From contig JARIGK010000001.1 of assembly GCA_029288895.1 (NCBI GenBank), positions 65,446-129,445 on the forward strand: DNA of 64,000 nt, given 5' to 3'. Shown piece by piece: positions 16,619-25,820 of the stretch. A program made the translations under genes and the position numbers. The DNA is from Candidatus Adlerbacteria bacterium. GTDB lineage: Bacteria; Patescibacteriota; Minisyncoccia; Phycocordibacterales; SBAW01. Positions within the stretch are counted from its first letter, which is position 1. Every line of letters begins with the position of its first letter. Under the pieces are notes generated by a model. That model made no database searches. It was not told the DNA's origin and was given only the letters and a program-made list of their open reading frames with translations.

Positions 16619-18246
16619 TGGCTAGTGTCTGTATGAGTGTGCGCGTAGCGAGCGCGAGCATCGAGAAGGGACGAAATAAAGCCTCCAAATACCTGTTGGC
16701 GGATCTGTATATCTTGGAGAAGTGTCTTTTGCAATTCGTTTCTTGAAAGTTCTTTGCTCACGTCGTGTGTATATGAACGGATAGTGCCATTAAGCAATGC
16801 ATTATTCGAATCGGATGCGGTTGCGCGCACCTCGACGAGTGAGCGGAAGATGGGCTCCACCGTTCTATTATTGAGTGCAAATAATTGCGAAAGCCCGCTG
16901 CGTGCAATAAGAAATGCTTGCGGCGAGCTTTTTCTGTATTGATATGGAATATAGCTGCCGACTTGGAGGTCGTCGAAATATCCAAGCACTTCGGCGAGAT
17001 CGGCGCTACGCGCTCTGCTTTGGGCTACTAGTTCGGTGAGACGCGCGGCTTCTTCGCTGCTGCCGAGATAGTGCGCTAACGCATCTATCCCGTAGATGCG
17101 CACCAGCATGGACGATGCTGATATAAACGCATTGTAGGTGCGTTGCGTGTATACATTTTCTTGCAGCACGTGTTTTTGTGCCTGTATAAATTGCTGCGCC
17201 GTTGGTGTCAGAGAGCCGGAAAATAGAAACGGCTTGGTTCGAAGAGACGCCGAGAGATTTGAAATAGCAAGAACGTCGCCGATGTCTTCGCCTGCATCAG
17301 GGCACAAATACACGTTGAAGGGCTGATACGTAAATGTGTCGCCTGCGCTGGCGAGCGCGTGGTAAAACGGATGGTCGGTACGGGTCGTGTCGTCGAGATA
17401 TATGTCGCTCAGTAGTACAACATTGGCTGCTGCGATTCCTGAAAGTCTGGATGAGGTCGTCGCGACTGCAAAATATATCGGCGCATAGGCGTAACATGCA
17501 GAGGACGAAAGTTCTATAAGAGGAGAGGAATCAAGAGAAGGATAGACTACTGTGAGTGTCTTCCTATTCTCTACCGCTTCTTCCGTGGATGAAGATTCCG
17601 ATTGAGATTCAAGCTCTTGTGCGCTATGGAGTGTGCCAAACGTTGCGCGTGCATATATGAGTGACTCGCACTGAGATGCGGTTCCTTGTTCGCACTGCCA
17701 GCGTCTGTCTTCTTGTGCGAGTAATGATTGAGCATCTGTCTGTGCGTGCGCAAGACGCTCTTCTATATGTGCGCTTGTGGTTTTGCCACTTAAAAAATCA
17801 AACTCTGCAGGATCGTTTTGTTGGAGAAGCACATTCCGCGCATTTCTCAGGTCGTCTATATACGAAGAGATAAGCGCGTGCAGTGCAGCGTGGTACATGG
17901 AGGCGTGTTCTTGTGTCGGCTCGGCAAGAAGAGCGCGTCGAGCTGTTTCGGTGCGTGGGAGTTGGTCCAAAAAACGAAATGGGTACAGCGCGTCGCGTGT
18001 GGCCTCGCCTTCGAGGTATGGAGGTACTGCAACCGCTGCGGAGAGTTTAAATTCGGACACCGCATGTGTAAGCGATTCGGGCGTACTTCCTGGGAATGCA
18101 AATAGTGGATCAAGCTGCTGCATCTGTGCGTATGCGGCCGCACTGCCTTGCATGGTGTACATTTCATGCAACCGCTCCCATGCGCCTATGCCAAAGAGGG
18201 CAGCCACCAACAGAAGGCAGAGGAGGCCGGTTTTGAGTCTATACAT
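16615..18246 (-). CDS. About 543-aa N-terminally membrane-anchored protein of unknown function (paralog of 13184..14779).
   Basis: Convergent with ligase 2, with a 4-nt overlap. Probable ATG at 18246. The track extends it to a TTG at 18255. Confidence 0.55.
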   Translation of the reverse strand: MYRLKTGLLCLLLVAALFGIGAWERLHEMYTMQGSAAAYAQMQQLDPLFAFPGSTPESLTHAVSEFKLSAAVAVPPYLEGEATRDALYPFRFLDQLPRTETARRALLAEPTQEHASMYHAALHALISSYIDDLRNARNVLLQQNDPAEFDFLSGKTTSAHIEERLAHAQTDAQSLLAQEDRRWQCEQGTASQCESLIYARATFGTLHSAQELESQSESSSTEEAVENRKTLTVVYPSLDSSPLIELSSSACYAYAPIYFAVATTSSRLSGIAAANVVLLSDIYLDDTTRTDHPFYHALASAGDTFTYQPFNVYLCPDAGEDIGDVLAISNLSASLRTKPFLFSGSLTPTAQQFIQAQKHVLQENVYTQRTYNAFISASSMLVRIYGIDALAHYLGSSEEAARLTELVAQSRARSADLAEVLGYFDDLQVGSYIPYQYRKSSPQAFLIARSGLSQLFALNNRTVEPIFRSLVEVRATASDSNNALLNGTIRSYTHDVSKELSRNELQKTLLQDIQIRQQVFGGFISSLLDARARYAHTHTDTSH

Positions 18247-18269
18247 GCGCTTCAAGTATACTAAATACC

Positions 18270-19517
18270 GTGACTATTCCGTTGTCTATGCGCCGAGTGA
18301 CGCCGCTCATTATCTCGGTCTTTATTCTTGGCGCTACTGCGTGCTACGGCTACTACACGCACCAGAGGACGCCGTACCCGGAACTCCAAGATTTGGCGCT
18401 CCATCCGCGAAGTTTCCCCGAACTCCAAACGTATTTTAAAAATCTTGCGCAACAAAAAGGTGCGCTCTATGCATACCAAATTTTGCGCGAGGCAGAGCTG
18501 CCGCCGCAGACAGACGTGCATCTCCTTGGGCACACCGTGGGAGATGAGTTGTATAAGCAGTATGGCAAAGATGCAATTTCATATTGTACGAATGAGTTCA
18601 GGAACGCGTGCTCTCATTCTGTCGTTATCGGACTTCTTCTCGAGTACGGAACGTCGGTGCTTGATGATATTAACGAGTCATGCAAAAAAGCGCCCGGCGG
18701 TATCGGCGCCTACACAATGTGTTTCCATGGGTTAGGACATGGCGTTCTTGCGTATGAACAGTACGATTTGCCGAAGACCATCGCGCTCTGCAAAAAAATG
18801 GGAACCGCGGCATATCATAACGAAGAGTATGGGCAGTGTGTTGGTGGCGCGATTATGGAAGGGATTGCCGGGGGCGGCCACGACAGGGCCTCGTGGGAAA
18901 AAGCACGTCCGCAGTATTACACTACTCAAGATCCGCTTTCGCCATGCGACCAGAGCTATATGCCACAAGAAGTCCGTACCTTCTGTTACATCTACATCAC
19001 GCCGCATTTGGTTGAGGCCGCTGGCGGCGATATGAATCATCCAGACCCGAGCGTTTTTCCAAAAGCATTCTCGTTCTGCCGGGCACTCCCCGAATCTGAC
19101 CATAACAGGGAAGTGTGCATGAACGGGTTTGGAAAAGAATTTGTTGGATGGGCTCGCCAGAGCGACCCGCGCAGCATCACAACGCTTACTGACCAAGAAA
19201 TGGAGTTGAGTTCTTCGTGGTGTGCACTTTCGGGTACTGCCAAAGATACCCGCTACTGCTTGCAGGGTATTCAGTCATATGTGTACTGGGGTGGAGAAAA
19301 TGACCCGCGCCCATCGGTCCGTTTTTGTTCTTTGTTATATGCGCAGGATCCAGACTCTGGGTCGACCTGTTACGAAGATTTGTCGCGTCTTATCGCAAAA
19401 TATGTTGTTGATCCGGATACGCGCAAAGCAACATGCGCATTGTTGCCTGAGTCTGTGCAACACGAATGCATGACATTTAAACAAACGTGGAACGGCGAGC
19501 CCGATGTGCTGCACTGA
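18270..19517 (+). CDS. Cys/His-repeat exported protein (family member B).
   Basis: GTG start 7 nt after AGTATACT. N-terminal TM segment. Motifs CSHSVVIG, CFHGLGHGVLAY, CVGGAIMEG, CMNGFGKEF, CLQGIQSY. Confidence 0.55.
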   Translation: MTIPLSMRRVTPLIISVFILGATACYGYYTHQRTPYPELQDLALHPRSFPELQTYFKNLAQQKGALYAYQILREAELPPQTDVHLLGHTVGDELYKQYGKDAISYCTNEFRNACSHSVVIGLLLEYGTSVLDDINESCKKAPGGIGAYTMCFHGLGHGVLAYEQYDLPKTIALCKKMGTAAYHNEEYGQCVGGAIMEGIAGGGHDRASWEKARPQYYTTQDPLSPCDQSYMPQEVRTFCYIYITPHLVEAAGGDMNHPDPSVFPKAFSFCRALPESDHNREVCMNGFGKEFVGWARQSDPRSITTLTDQEMELSSSWCALSGTAKDTRYCLQGIQSYVYWGGENDPRPSVRFCSLLYAQDPDSGSTCYEDLSRLIAKYVVDPDTRKATCALLPESVQHECMTFKQTWNGEPDVLH

Positions 19518-19527
19518 TATAGCCCAC

Positions 19528-20604
19528 ATGAGCGGAGCAATTACTAGGACAAAACAGTATACGGTAGGTCTCTTGTGTATAGCGCTTGTCGTATGCGCAG
19601 GGCTACTGCTGTATTCGAGATCTGCCGCCGCATCTCTACCAACGTTTGATTTACATACGCACGATGGTCTCGTGCAAGCAGAATCATTCTGGAACAAAGA
19701 GATTGCGCGTGTTGGCGGAGAAAAAGCGTACACTGAATTTCTCGAATTCTACGCAACTTCGACGCCTCAAGATCAGCATACTGCTGCGCATATCTTTGGC
19801 GGCAGTTTATTTACAGACGAAGGAGTGCCCGGGCTCGCGGTGTGTGACACATCTTTTTCGTACGGCTGTTTCCACGAATTCCTCGCGCGCGCGATACAGC
19901 AAAACGGACTCGGCAGCGTCGACATGCTTAACGAAGCGTGTTTCCAAGCGCTGGGGCCGGGGAAGTCACTTTCCTGCGCGCATGGGTTAGGCCACGGGAT
20001 TCAGTCGTACCTTGGATACAATAACGACGCGCTCAAAAAAAGCTTAGGTATTTGTAAAACTTTGCCGTACGGCGACCCAATAGGAGGCTGTCCAGGCGGC
20101 GTATTTATGGAATTCAATATGCGTACGATGGGATCTACGTCGGGCATTCCGACGCGGCCACTTGAGCCGGGTGGTTGGTACTATCCATGCAACACCTTAT
20201 CCGTTGACGACAAAGCAGTCTGCTACTACTGGCAAACACAGTGGTGGGCACAGGTTTTGAAAGGGCAAGGAAAGAATACGGATGAGTCGTTTGTAACGAT
20301 GGGGAGATTATGCGAAAGTATTTCTTCTTCGTATCGAGAAAAGTGTTTTTCCGGTATTGGCACCCTTATAGGCATTGATTCAGATTTTGATGTTGAGAAA
20401 GCAGGTACGTTATGCAGAGAAACCTCTCCTCTAGAAAGTCAGCAGAATGTGTGTCTTATAACCGGCGCAAGCTCTTTTTTTGCTGAGCCTACAGCCCGAG
20501 CTCGAGCGTCAGGTGTGTGCTTGAATATTGCAGAACCCTGGTACACGCGTTGTGTGCGATCTTCTTTAGGAAAATCAGAAGTACCGCCCCCTATGGGAGA
20601 TTAA
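19528..20604 (+). CDS. Cys/His-repeat exported protein (family member C).
   Basis: CAHGLGHGIQSY, CPGGVFMEF, CFSGIGTLIG. TGATAT -10-like box 7 nt upstream of ATG 19528. Confidence 0.55.
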   Translation: MSGAITRTKQYTVGLLCIALVVCAGLLLYSRSAAASLPTFDLHTHDGLVQAESFWNKEIARVGGEKAYTEFLEFYATSTPQDQHTAAHIFGGSLFTDEGVPGLAVCDTSFSYGCFHEFLARAIQQNGLGSVDMLNEACFQALGPGKSLSCAHGLGHGIQSYLGYNNDALKKSLGICKTLPYGDPIGGCPGGVFMEFNMRTMGSTSGIPTRPLEPGGWYYPCNTLSVDDKAVCYYWQTQWWAQVLKGQGKNTDESFVTMGRLCESISSSYREKCFSGIGTLIGIDSDFDVEKAGTLCRETSPLESQQNVCLITGASSFFAEPTARARASGVCLNIAEPWYTRCVRSSLGKSEVPPPMGD

Positions 20605-20610
20605 TACACT

Positions 20611-21846
20611 ATGACTGCGTTGCATCCAGAAAAAAAAATCTCATTGCGCGTACGCATCCTTGGGTTTGCTATGGTGTTTGTGCTCGCTGCGTTTTTTATT
20701 GTTGGGGCAAACCCGACGCTTTCCCAAAGCGCGGCACACCTTACGGCAAAAGCGTTCGTAATGTATTGCACGAAGCAGACTGACAATGCTGCGTGTTACG
20801 AACGTACCGTACCGCGGCTGTTATATATAAGCCCCATCAGCAGTGTCTTTTCAGTGGTGCGCGAAATCCAAGCGCAAGATTCGTCGTATCGTTTTTGCCA
20901 TGTACTTGGACATCAGCTTGGTGTGTTTGAAGTGCAGCGCGACCCTAACCATTGGATGGATCTTTTGCATAACAACCCGCCAGACGGCCTGTGCTCCAAC
21001 GGGTATATCCATGGCGTTATGGTGCAGAAGTTTAGTGAGACAGTATTTACTCCTGCACAAATTGATGCGATCGTCCCAGACCTCTCCCGGGCGTGCGAAC
21101 CGTCGCCGGGGTGGAACCCGAGCGATCTTGATAAAGCAATGTGCTACCACGGTATAGGGCATGTCCTCACGCACATGACAGACGCGAATATGCCGCTGGC
21201 AGTTTCGTACTGTAAACAAATTGCGATCAAGGGCAATGAAGACTACAGCCGGGTGTGTATTTCTGGAGTATTTATGCAGATATTTCAGCCCCTTGAGCCG
21301 GAAGATTACGCGCTTATCGCACGCTTGCCTGTGAAGCCGACAAAAGAAAATCTCGCATCGTTTTGTAGTGCGTACGCGACAGAGGAAGAGAGGAGTGCGT
21401 GTCTTGGTGAAGGGTGGCCGCTCTATCGCGAACAATTACAAACAGCAGAGGGGATAGAAAAGTTTTGCACGACCAGCACCGTACCCTCAACACAAAAAAA
21501 TTGCTTTATGACGGTGTTCTCCATTGGCGCACGCGGGTCTCTGGCTGATCCAGGGCCGCACGAGGCGCTCTGTACTTCATTGCCGGCGCCATATGCAGAA
21601 GAGTGCCGCGGCATTTTGGCTGAAGCGTTTATCGAAGAAGACAGAACTAAGGTCGCGAGTGCCGCTGCAGTATGCAGTCGTGCAGAAAGTAGCAGCGCGC
21701 AGGACGCCTGTTATGAATATCTGCTTGCCCGTGCAGCGTTTACCTTTGGTAATGACAAGAGTGCGCTGGAGCCTCTCTGTAAGGTATTTCCTGCATCGTG
21801 GGCTGCCCGATGCGAGGCGGGCGAACGGCCTGAAATTCAGCAATAG
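20611..21846 (+). CDS. Cys/His-repeat exported protein (family member D).
   Basis: CHVLGHQLG, CSNGYIHGV, CYHGIGHVLTH, CISGVFMQI, CFMTVFSIG. Confidence 0.55.
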   Translation: MTALHPEKKISLRVRILGFAMVFVLAAFFIVGANPTLSQSAAHLTAKAFVMYCTKQTDNAACYERTVPRLLYISPISSVFSVVREIQAQDSSYRFCHVLGHQLGVFEVQRDPNHWMDLLHNNPPDGLCSNGYIHGVMVQKFSETVFTPAQIDAIVPDLSRACEPSPGWNPSDLDKAMCYHGIGHVLTHMTDANMPLAVSYCKQIAIKGNEDYSRVCISGVFMQIFQPLEPEDYALIARLPVKPTKENLASFCSAYATEEERSACLGEGWPLYREQLQTAEGIEKFCTTSTVPSTQKNCFMTVFSIGARGSLADPGPHEALCTSLPAPYAEECRGILAEAFIEEDRTKVASAAAVCSRAESSSAQDACYEYLLARAAFTFGNDKSALEPLCKVFPASWAARCEAGERPEIQQ

Positions 21847-21874
21847 TAGGGTGGCGGCGTGATACCATATTTGT

Positions 21875-22393
21875 ATGAAAAAATTCTGGACTCTGTTGCT
21901 GTGGAGCGCGGTCTGCTTGCCGCTTGCTGTCTCTGCGCATAACACCGGCCGGTCATTCGAGAAGCAGATCGGCAACTACCTTGTTGATATTGGCTATAAC
22001 GTCGAGACTGAAATAGTCGCTGGCGAACCAGTCTATTTTGATTATGAGCTGTATCAGCGCGAACCAGCCCCGGGCGATGCTGCATATAGCGATGTGTGGG
22101 TGCGTATCTCACAAGCCAGCACGACGCTTTTTGCAACTGGCATTGCGCACATGACGTCTGGGCAGACAGGAATGATGTACACCTTTGATAGGCCCGGAAC
22201 ATACACTATGAGTGTCCGATATGAGCGGGGAGATACAACGCTTGCCGAAACGTCATTTCCGCTGGAAGTTGCGCCGGGAGGCCCTGCATCACCATCAGTC
22301 CCATATCCGACCCTCCTCATAGGGGCAGTAATTCTTTTGTGTGGAACGGTATTTCTCCTCTATAAGCAGAGGCGAGCGCGTGCTATCGTGTAG
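21875..22393 (+). CDS. Small exported protein with a signal peptide, a beta-sandwich-sized domain and a C-terminal TM anchor. The mature N-terminus is predicted to begin with His (CopC/YcnI-like architecture).
   Basis: Predicted cleavage LAVSA|HNTG. A domain of about 110 aa follows, then LLIGAVILLCGTVFLLYKQRRAR. Confidence 0.4.
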   Translation: MKKFWTLLLWSAVCLPLAVSAHNTGRSFEKQIGNYLVDIGYNVETEIVAGEPVYFDYELYQREPAPGDAAYSDVWVRISQASTTLFATGIAHMTSGQTGMMYTFDRPGTYTMSVRYERGDTTLAETSFPLEVAPGGPASPSVPYPTLLIGAVILLCGTVFLLYKQRRARAIV

Positions 22394-22395
22394 GT

Positions 22396-23340
22396 ATGCG
22401 CTGGTCGAATTTCTTCAAATACAACAACATCGTCCCTATTACGCTCTCGTTGTTGCTGCTGTCGTTCGGGACAACGCTTGCTGCAAGTCCAGACATCCGC
22501 TCGGATGTGGCAGCAAGTGTGCTTTCGACACAAACCAAAGTTGTTTCGATTGATAATACCTACCTCGTCAATAAAGATCTTTCCACGTACACGCCGCGCG
22601 CCGTCATTTCGAATGTGACTGAAGACTCTGATTTTTATTACGTGAACTATGCATTTAATACGATTGATATCAAAGACTCTATTTGGCAGGACGTAACAAA
22701 AAACGAAACGATAAAAGTCCAAAAGGAGGCGTTGAAGGGCGGCGACTTGGGGCTCTACGTCACGCACGAATTGCGCCAGCGCATCGACCGCGAACTTGAG
22801 TTGCTGCGCGAGACCCAAGATATCGAAAAAAATCATGTCTCGCAGGCGGTCGTTGCGACTGTGTACGGCGGGTTGATAGGGAAGTTCCTCGATGATAGTA
22901 CGCATACGCTTCCGGGCTATGTGCCTGTTGTGACGCCGCCACCCCCTCCGCCCTCAGACGACGTGGCGCCAGCGGATCCGCAATCGTCGGCACAACCACA
23001 GACGGCGCCACAGCCATCGCACGGCACAGGTATACCTCCAACGATACAAGTCCTTGGCGACAACCCATCACATTTGGATGTCGGGGTCACGTATTCAGAC
23101 CTTGGCATTGTTGTGACTGATTATCTTGGGCACGACCTTGGGTACACCATTTATTTTGATGGCGTTAAAACAACCGAGATCCAACTCGATACACGAACGG
23201 CAGGTACGCACACGATTCGCTATGTTGCAGTCGATACCGACGGCAATACAGCCGAGGCAACGCGCACCGTTATTGTTGGGAACCCGGCAGCTGACGCTTC
23301 CTCAACCCCAGCGACATCGTCGGCACCGACCACGCCGTAA
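22396..23340 (+). CDS. Membrane-anchored protein with a Pro-rich linker and a C-terminal bacterial Ig-like (DUF5011/HYR-like) domain.
   Basis: PPPPPPSDDVAPADPQ linker. C-terminal segment IQVLGDNPSHLDVGVTYSDLGIVVTD...HTIRYVAVDTDGNTAEATRTVIVGN. Confidence 0.5.
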   Translation: MRWSNFFKYNNIVPITLSLLLLSFGTTLAASPDIRSDVAASVLSTQTKVVSIDNTYLVNKDLSTYTPRAVISNVTEDSDFYYVNYAFNTIDIKDSIWQDVTKNETIKVQKEALKGGDLGLYVTHELRQRIDRELELLRETQDIEKNHVSQAVVATVYGGLIGKFLDDSTHTLPGYVPVVTPPPPPPSDDVAPADPQSSAQPQTAPQPSHGTGIPPTIQVLGDNPSHLDVGVTYSDLGIVVTDYLGHDLGYTIYFDGVKTTEIQLDTRTAGTHTIRYVAVDTDGNTAEATRTVIVGNPAADASSTPATSSAPTTP

Positions 23341-23367
23341 TTACAAAGCGTTTATACTAGAGAGAAT

Positions 23368-24405
23368 ATGGCGACAAAAGTTGCAATTAATGGGTTTGGC
23401 AGAATTGGGCGCGCGTTTATGCGCGTGGCGCACGAGCATCCAGAATTGGAAGTCGTTGCAATCAATGATTTAGGAAATGCAGAGAACTTGGCATACTTGC
23501 TCAAGTACGACAGCGTCTACGGAAAGGCAGCGTTCGATGTGTCGTCGAGCGAGCATTCGCTGATTGTCGACGGCCGCGATATCCCGGTATATGCAGAAGC
23601 GGACCCTGCGAAATTGCCGTGGGCAAAGTTGGGTATTGATATCGTTATTGAAAGCACAGGTTTTTTTACTAGCTTTGAGAAATCAAAAGTGCATTTGGAT
23701 GCTGGCGCTAAACGTGTGGTAATCACAGCGCCTGTTAAGGATGAGGCGCCAGAAGGGTTGGCGGGCGCAACAATTTTGGTTGGCATCAATGACGACAAAT
23801 TCTCTACTGTGCAGGTAAGCTCGAACGCATCGTGCACCACAAACGCATCAAGCCCGCTTATCCAAATTTTGGACGAGGCGCTTGGGATTGAGAAGGCAGT
23901 ACTTTCGACAACGCACGGCTACACTGCATCGCAGAACTTGGTCGATGGTCCCGTTAAAAAAGCAAAATACAAAGACGACTTCCGTGATGGACGCGCAGGT
24001 GCACACAACATTGTGCCGTCATCAACGGGCGCTGCTATTGCTGTCACCAAAGCCATTCCATCTTTGATGGGTAAGTTTGATGGCATCTCGTTGCGCGTGC
24101 CGATTATTGCAGGTTCAATCGTGGATGTAACGTTTATCTCAAAAAAGAACACAACTGCGGAAGAGGTAAATACCATGTTGAAGAAGGCGGCAGGGGACGA
24201 ACGATGGAAGCCGGTCTTTTCTGTAACAGACGAACCGCTGGTGTCGTCTGACATTGTAGGGAGCAAATATGCATCGATTGCCGACCTGTCGATGACCCGC
24301 GTGATCGATGGCAACTTGGTAAAAGTGCTTGCGTGGTACGACAACGAAATGGGGTATACGCATGCGCTTGTTGAGCATGTGCTGCGTTTGTCAAAACATA
24401 TATAA
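23368..24405 (+). CDS. gap: Glyceraldehyde-3-phosphate dehydrogenase, type I.
   Basis: NGFGRIGR NAD-binding motif and catalytic SNASCTTN. Confidence 0.93.
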   Translation: MATKVAINGFGRIGRAFMRVAHEHPELEVVAINDLGNAENLAYLLKYDSVYGKAAFDVSSSEHSLIVDGRDIPVYAEADPAKLPWAKLGIDIVIESTGFFTSFEKSKVHLDAGAKRVVITAPVKDEAPEGLAGATILVGINDDKFSTVQVSSNASCTTNASSPLIQILDEALGIEKAVLSTTHGYTASQNLVDGPVKKAKYKDDFRDGRAGAHNIVPSSTGAAIAVTKAIPSLMGKFDGISLRVPIIAGSIVDVTFISKKNTTAEEVNTMLKKAAGDERWKPVFSVTDEPLVSSDIVGSKYASIADLSMTRVIDGNLVKVLAWYDNEMGYTHALVEHVLRLSKHI

Positions 24406-24408
24406 GGT

Positions 24409-24846
24409 ATGAAGATTTTTATCGCATCCGACCACGCTGGGTTTGCGCTCAAACAGCACCTACTTATATTTTTGAGCCAGCAAGGGTACGAGGCAGAAGA
24501 TGCGGGGCCAGCCGCGCTTGTTGAAGGTGACGATTACCCAGACACCATCGCGCCCTTAGTTGCGTATGTGCAAGGGAACCCAGGGAGTTTCGGTATTGCT
24601 ATTGGCGGCTCAGGCCAAGGGGAGGCGATGGTGTGCAACCGCGAAAAAGGAATCCGTGCAATTGTATTTTATGGAGGTCCACTCGATATAGTGAAGCTCG
24701 GACGCGAACATAATGACGCAAATGTTCTTTCGTTCGGGGCACGATTTATTACGGAAAAAGATGCAGAGCGTGCAGTGCTTACGTTTGTGACAACACCATT
24801 TTCAAACGACGAACGTCACATCCGCCGTATTCAAAAATTAGGATAA
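24409..24846 (+). CDS. rpiB: Ribose-5-phosphate isomerase B (RpiB/LacAB family).
   Basis: MKIFIASDHAGFALK..., 145 aa. Confidence 0.88.
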   Translation: MKIFIASDHAGFALKQHLLIFLSQQGYEAEDAGPAALVEGDDYPDTIAPLVAYVQGNPGSFGIAIGGSGQGEAMVCNREKGIRAIVFYGGPLDIVKLGREHNDANVLSFGARFITEKDAERAVLTFVTTPFSNDERHIRRIQKLG

Positions 24847-24856
24847 AGAAAAGACC

Positions 24857-25132
24857 TCACTTACTGCGAGGTCTTGAGCAGATGCGGACGAGCCAGGCGA
24901 TAAACCACCCGACGAGGTAGACGATCGTTACGTAGCAGGCGAGTCCTGCAACGAGAACCACTATCTGGTCGGACTGTGGAACGTGGTCGGCCTTTAAACC
25001 ATTGCTCACGGCAATGAGGTAGAGTACGCCGACACCGAGTGCGATGCTGAGGCCAATCACCCAGAGGACTACTTTCACGGTACAACTCCCTTGCTTCTCT
25101 ACAGTAATACAACTTTTGTAACTCCAAGTCAA
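24857..25132 (-). CDS. Small two-TM membrane protein, hypothetical.
   Basis: Two hydrophobic helices. A minus-strand rho-independent hairpin at 24851-24875 overlaps its stop. Confidence 0.35.
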   Translation of the reverse strand: MTWSYKSCITVEKQGSCTVKVVLWVIGLSIALGVGVLYLIAVSNGLKADHVPQSDQIVVLVAGLACYVTIVYLVGWFIAWLVRICSRPRSK

Positions 25133-25151
25133 ATGGAGCTAGAATAGAGAC

Positions 25152-25820
25152 ATGATAGAAATCATTCCGGCAGTCTTGCCAAAGAATTTTACAGAACTTC
25201 AAGATGGGCTCGAGAAAGTGGTCGGCGTTGCGCCATTGGTGCAAATCGATTTGGTCGGGAATAAAAATATTTTAGAGGGCCACGATGAAATGCCGCTGTG
25301 GCAAGAGTTTAATTTTGAGTTTGACATTATGCTGCCCGACCCAGCTCGTGAAGTCGCTCGCTGCATCGATATGGGCGCCTCGCGCATTGTGGTACATGCG
25401 TCTGCAAAAACTTCCCGCGAAGCGCTCGAGAGTATGCAACACCTGCGTGGCGGCGAGTACCCCGTAGTGCTTGGGTTGGCATTGGCGGCTCATGATACAC
25501 CCGAGGCGCTCGTACCTTTCCAGGGTTTGTATGACTACGTGCAGGTGATGGGTATCGACACTATTGGTGTGCAAGGCCAGCCGCCAGACCCGCATCATAA
25601 AGAGTTAGAGCTGCTGCGTGCATTGCGCGAGTTGCATCCAAATTTGCCGTTGTCTGTTGATGGTGGCGTGGCAGCGCACCCACGCGAGCTTGTCGATGCT
25701 GGCGCCACAACGCTCATTGTTGGTTCGGCCATTGTGTTGGCAGACGACCCGCGTACTGCATACAAAGCGATATATACTAAAGTGAATGGCTCTCACGCAG
25801 AAGACAATACAAACGCTTGA
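25152..25820 (+). CDS. rpe: Ribulose-phosphate 3-epimerase (divergent).
   Basis: C-terminal LSVDGGV...LIVGSAI motif and (beta/alpha)8-barrel-like pattern. Sits between rpiB and tkt. Confidence 0.7.
   Translation: MIEIIPAVLPKNFTELQDGLEKVVGVAPLVQIDLVGNKNILEGHDEMPLWQEFNFEFDIMLPDPAREVARCIDMGASRIVVHASAKTSREALESMQHLRGGEYPVVLGLALAAHDTPEALVPFQGLYDYVQVMGIDTIGVQGQPPDPHHKELELLRALRELHPNLPLSVDGGVAAHPRELVDAGATTLIVGSAIVLADDPRTAYKAIYTKVNGSHAEDNTNA

Noticed and set aside
24851-24875. Hairpin AAGACCTC-ACTTACTGC-GAGGTCTT after rpiB as a plus-strand terminator.
   Set aside because: No T-tract follows it on the plus strand. The T-run is on the minus strand, so it is more plausibly the terminator of the small minus-strand membrane-protein gene. 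It is mentioned under that feature instead.
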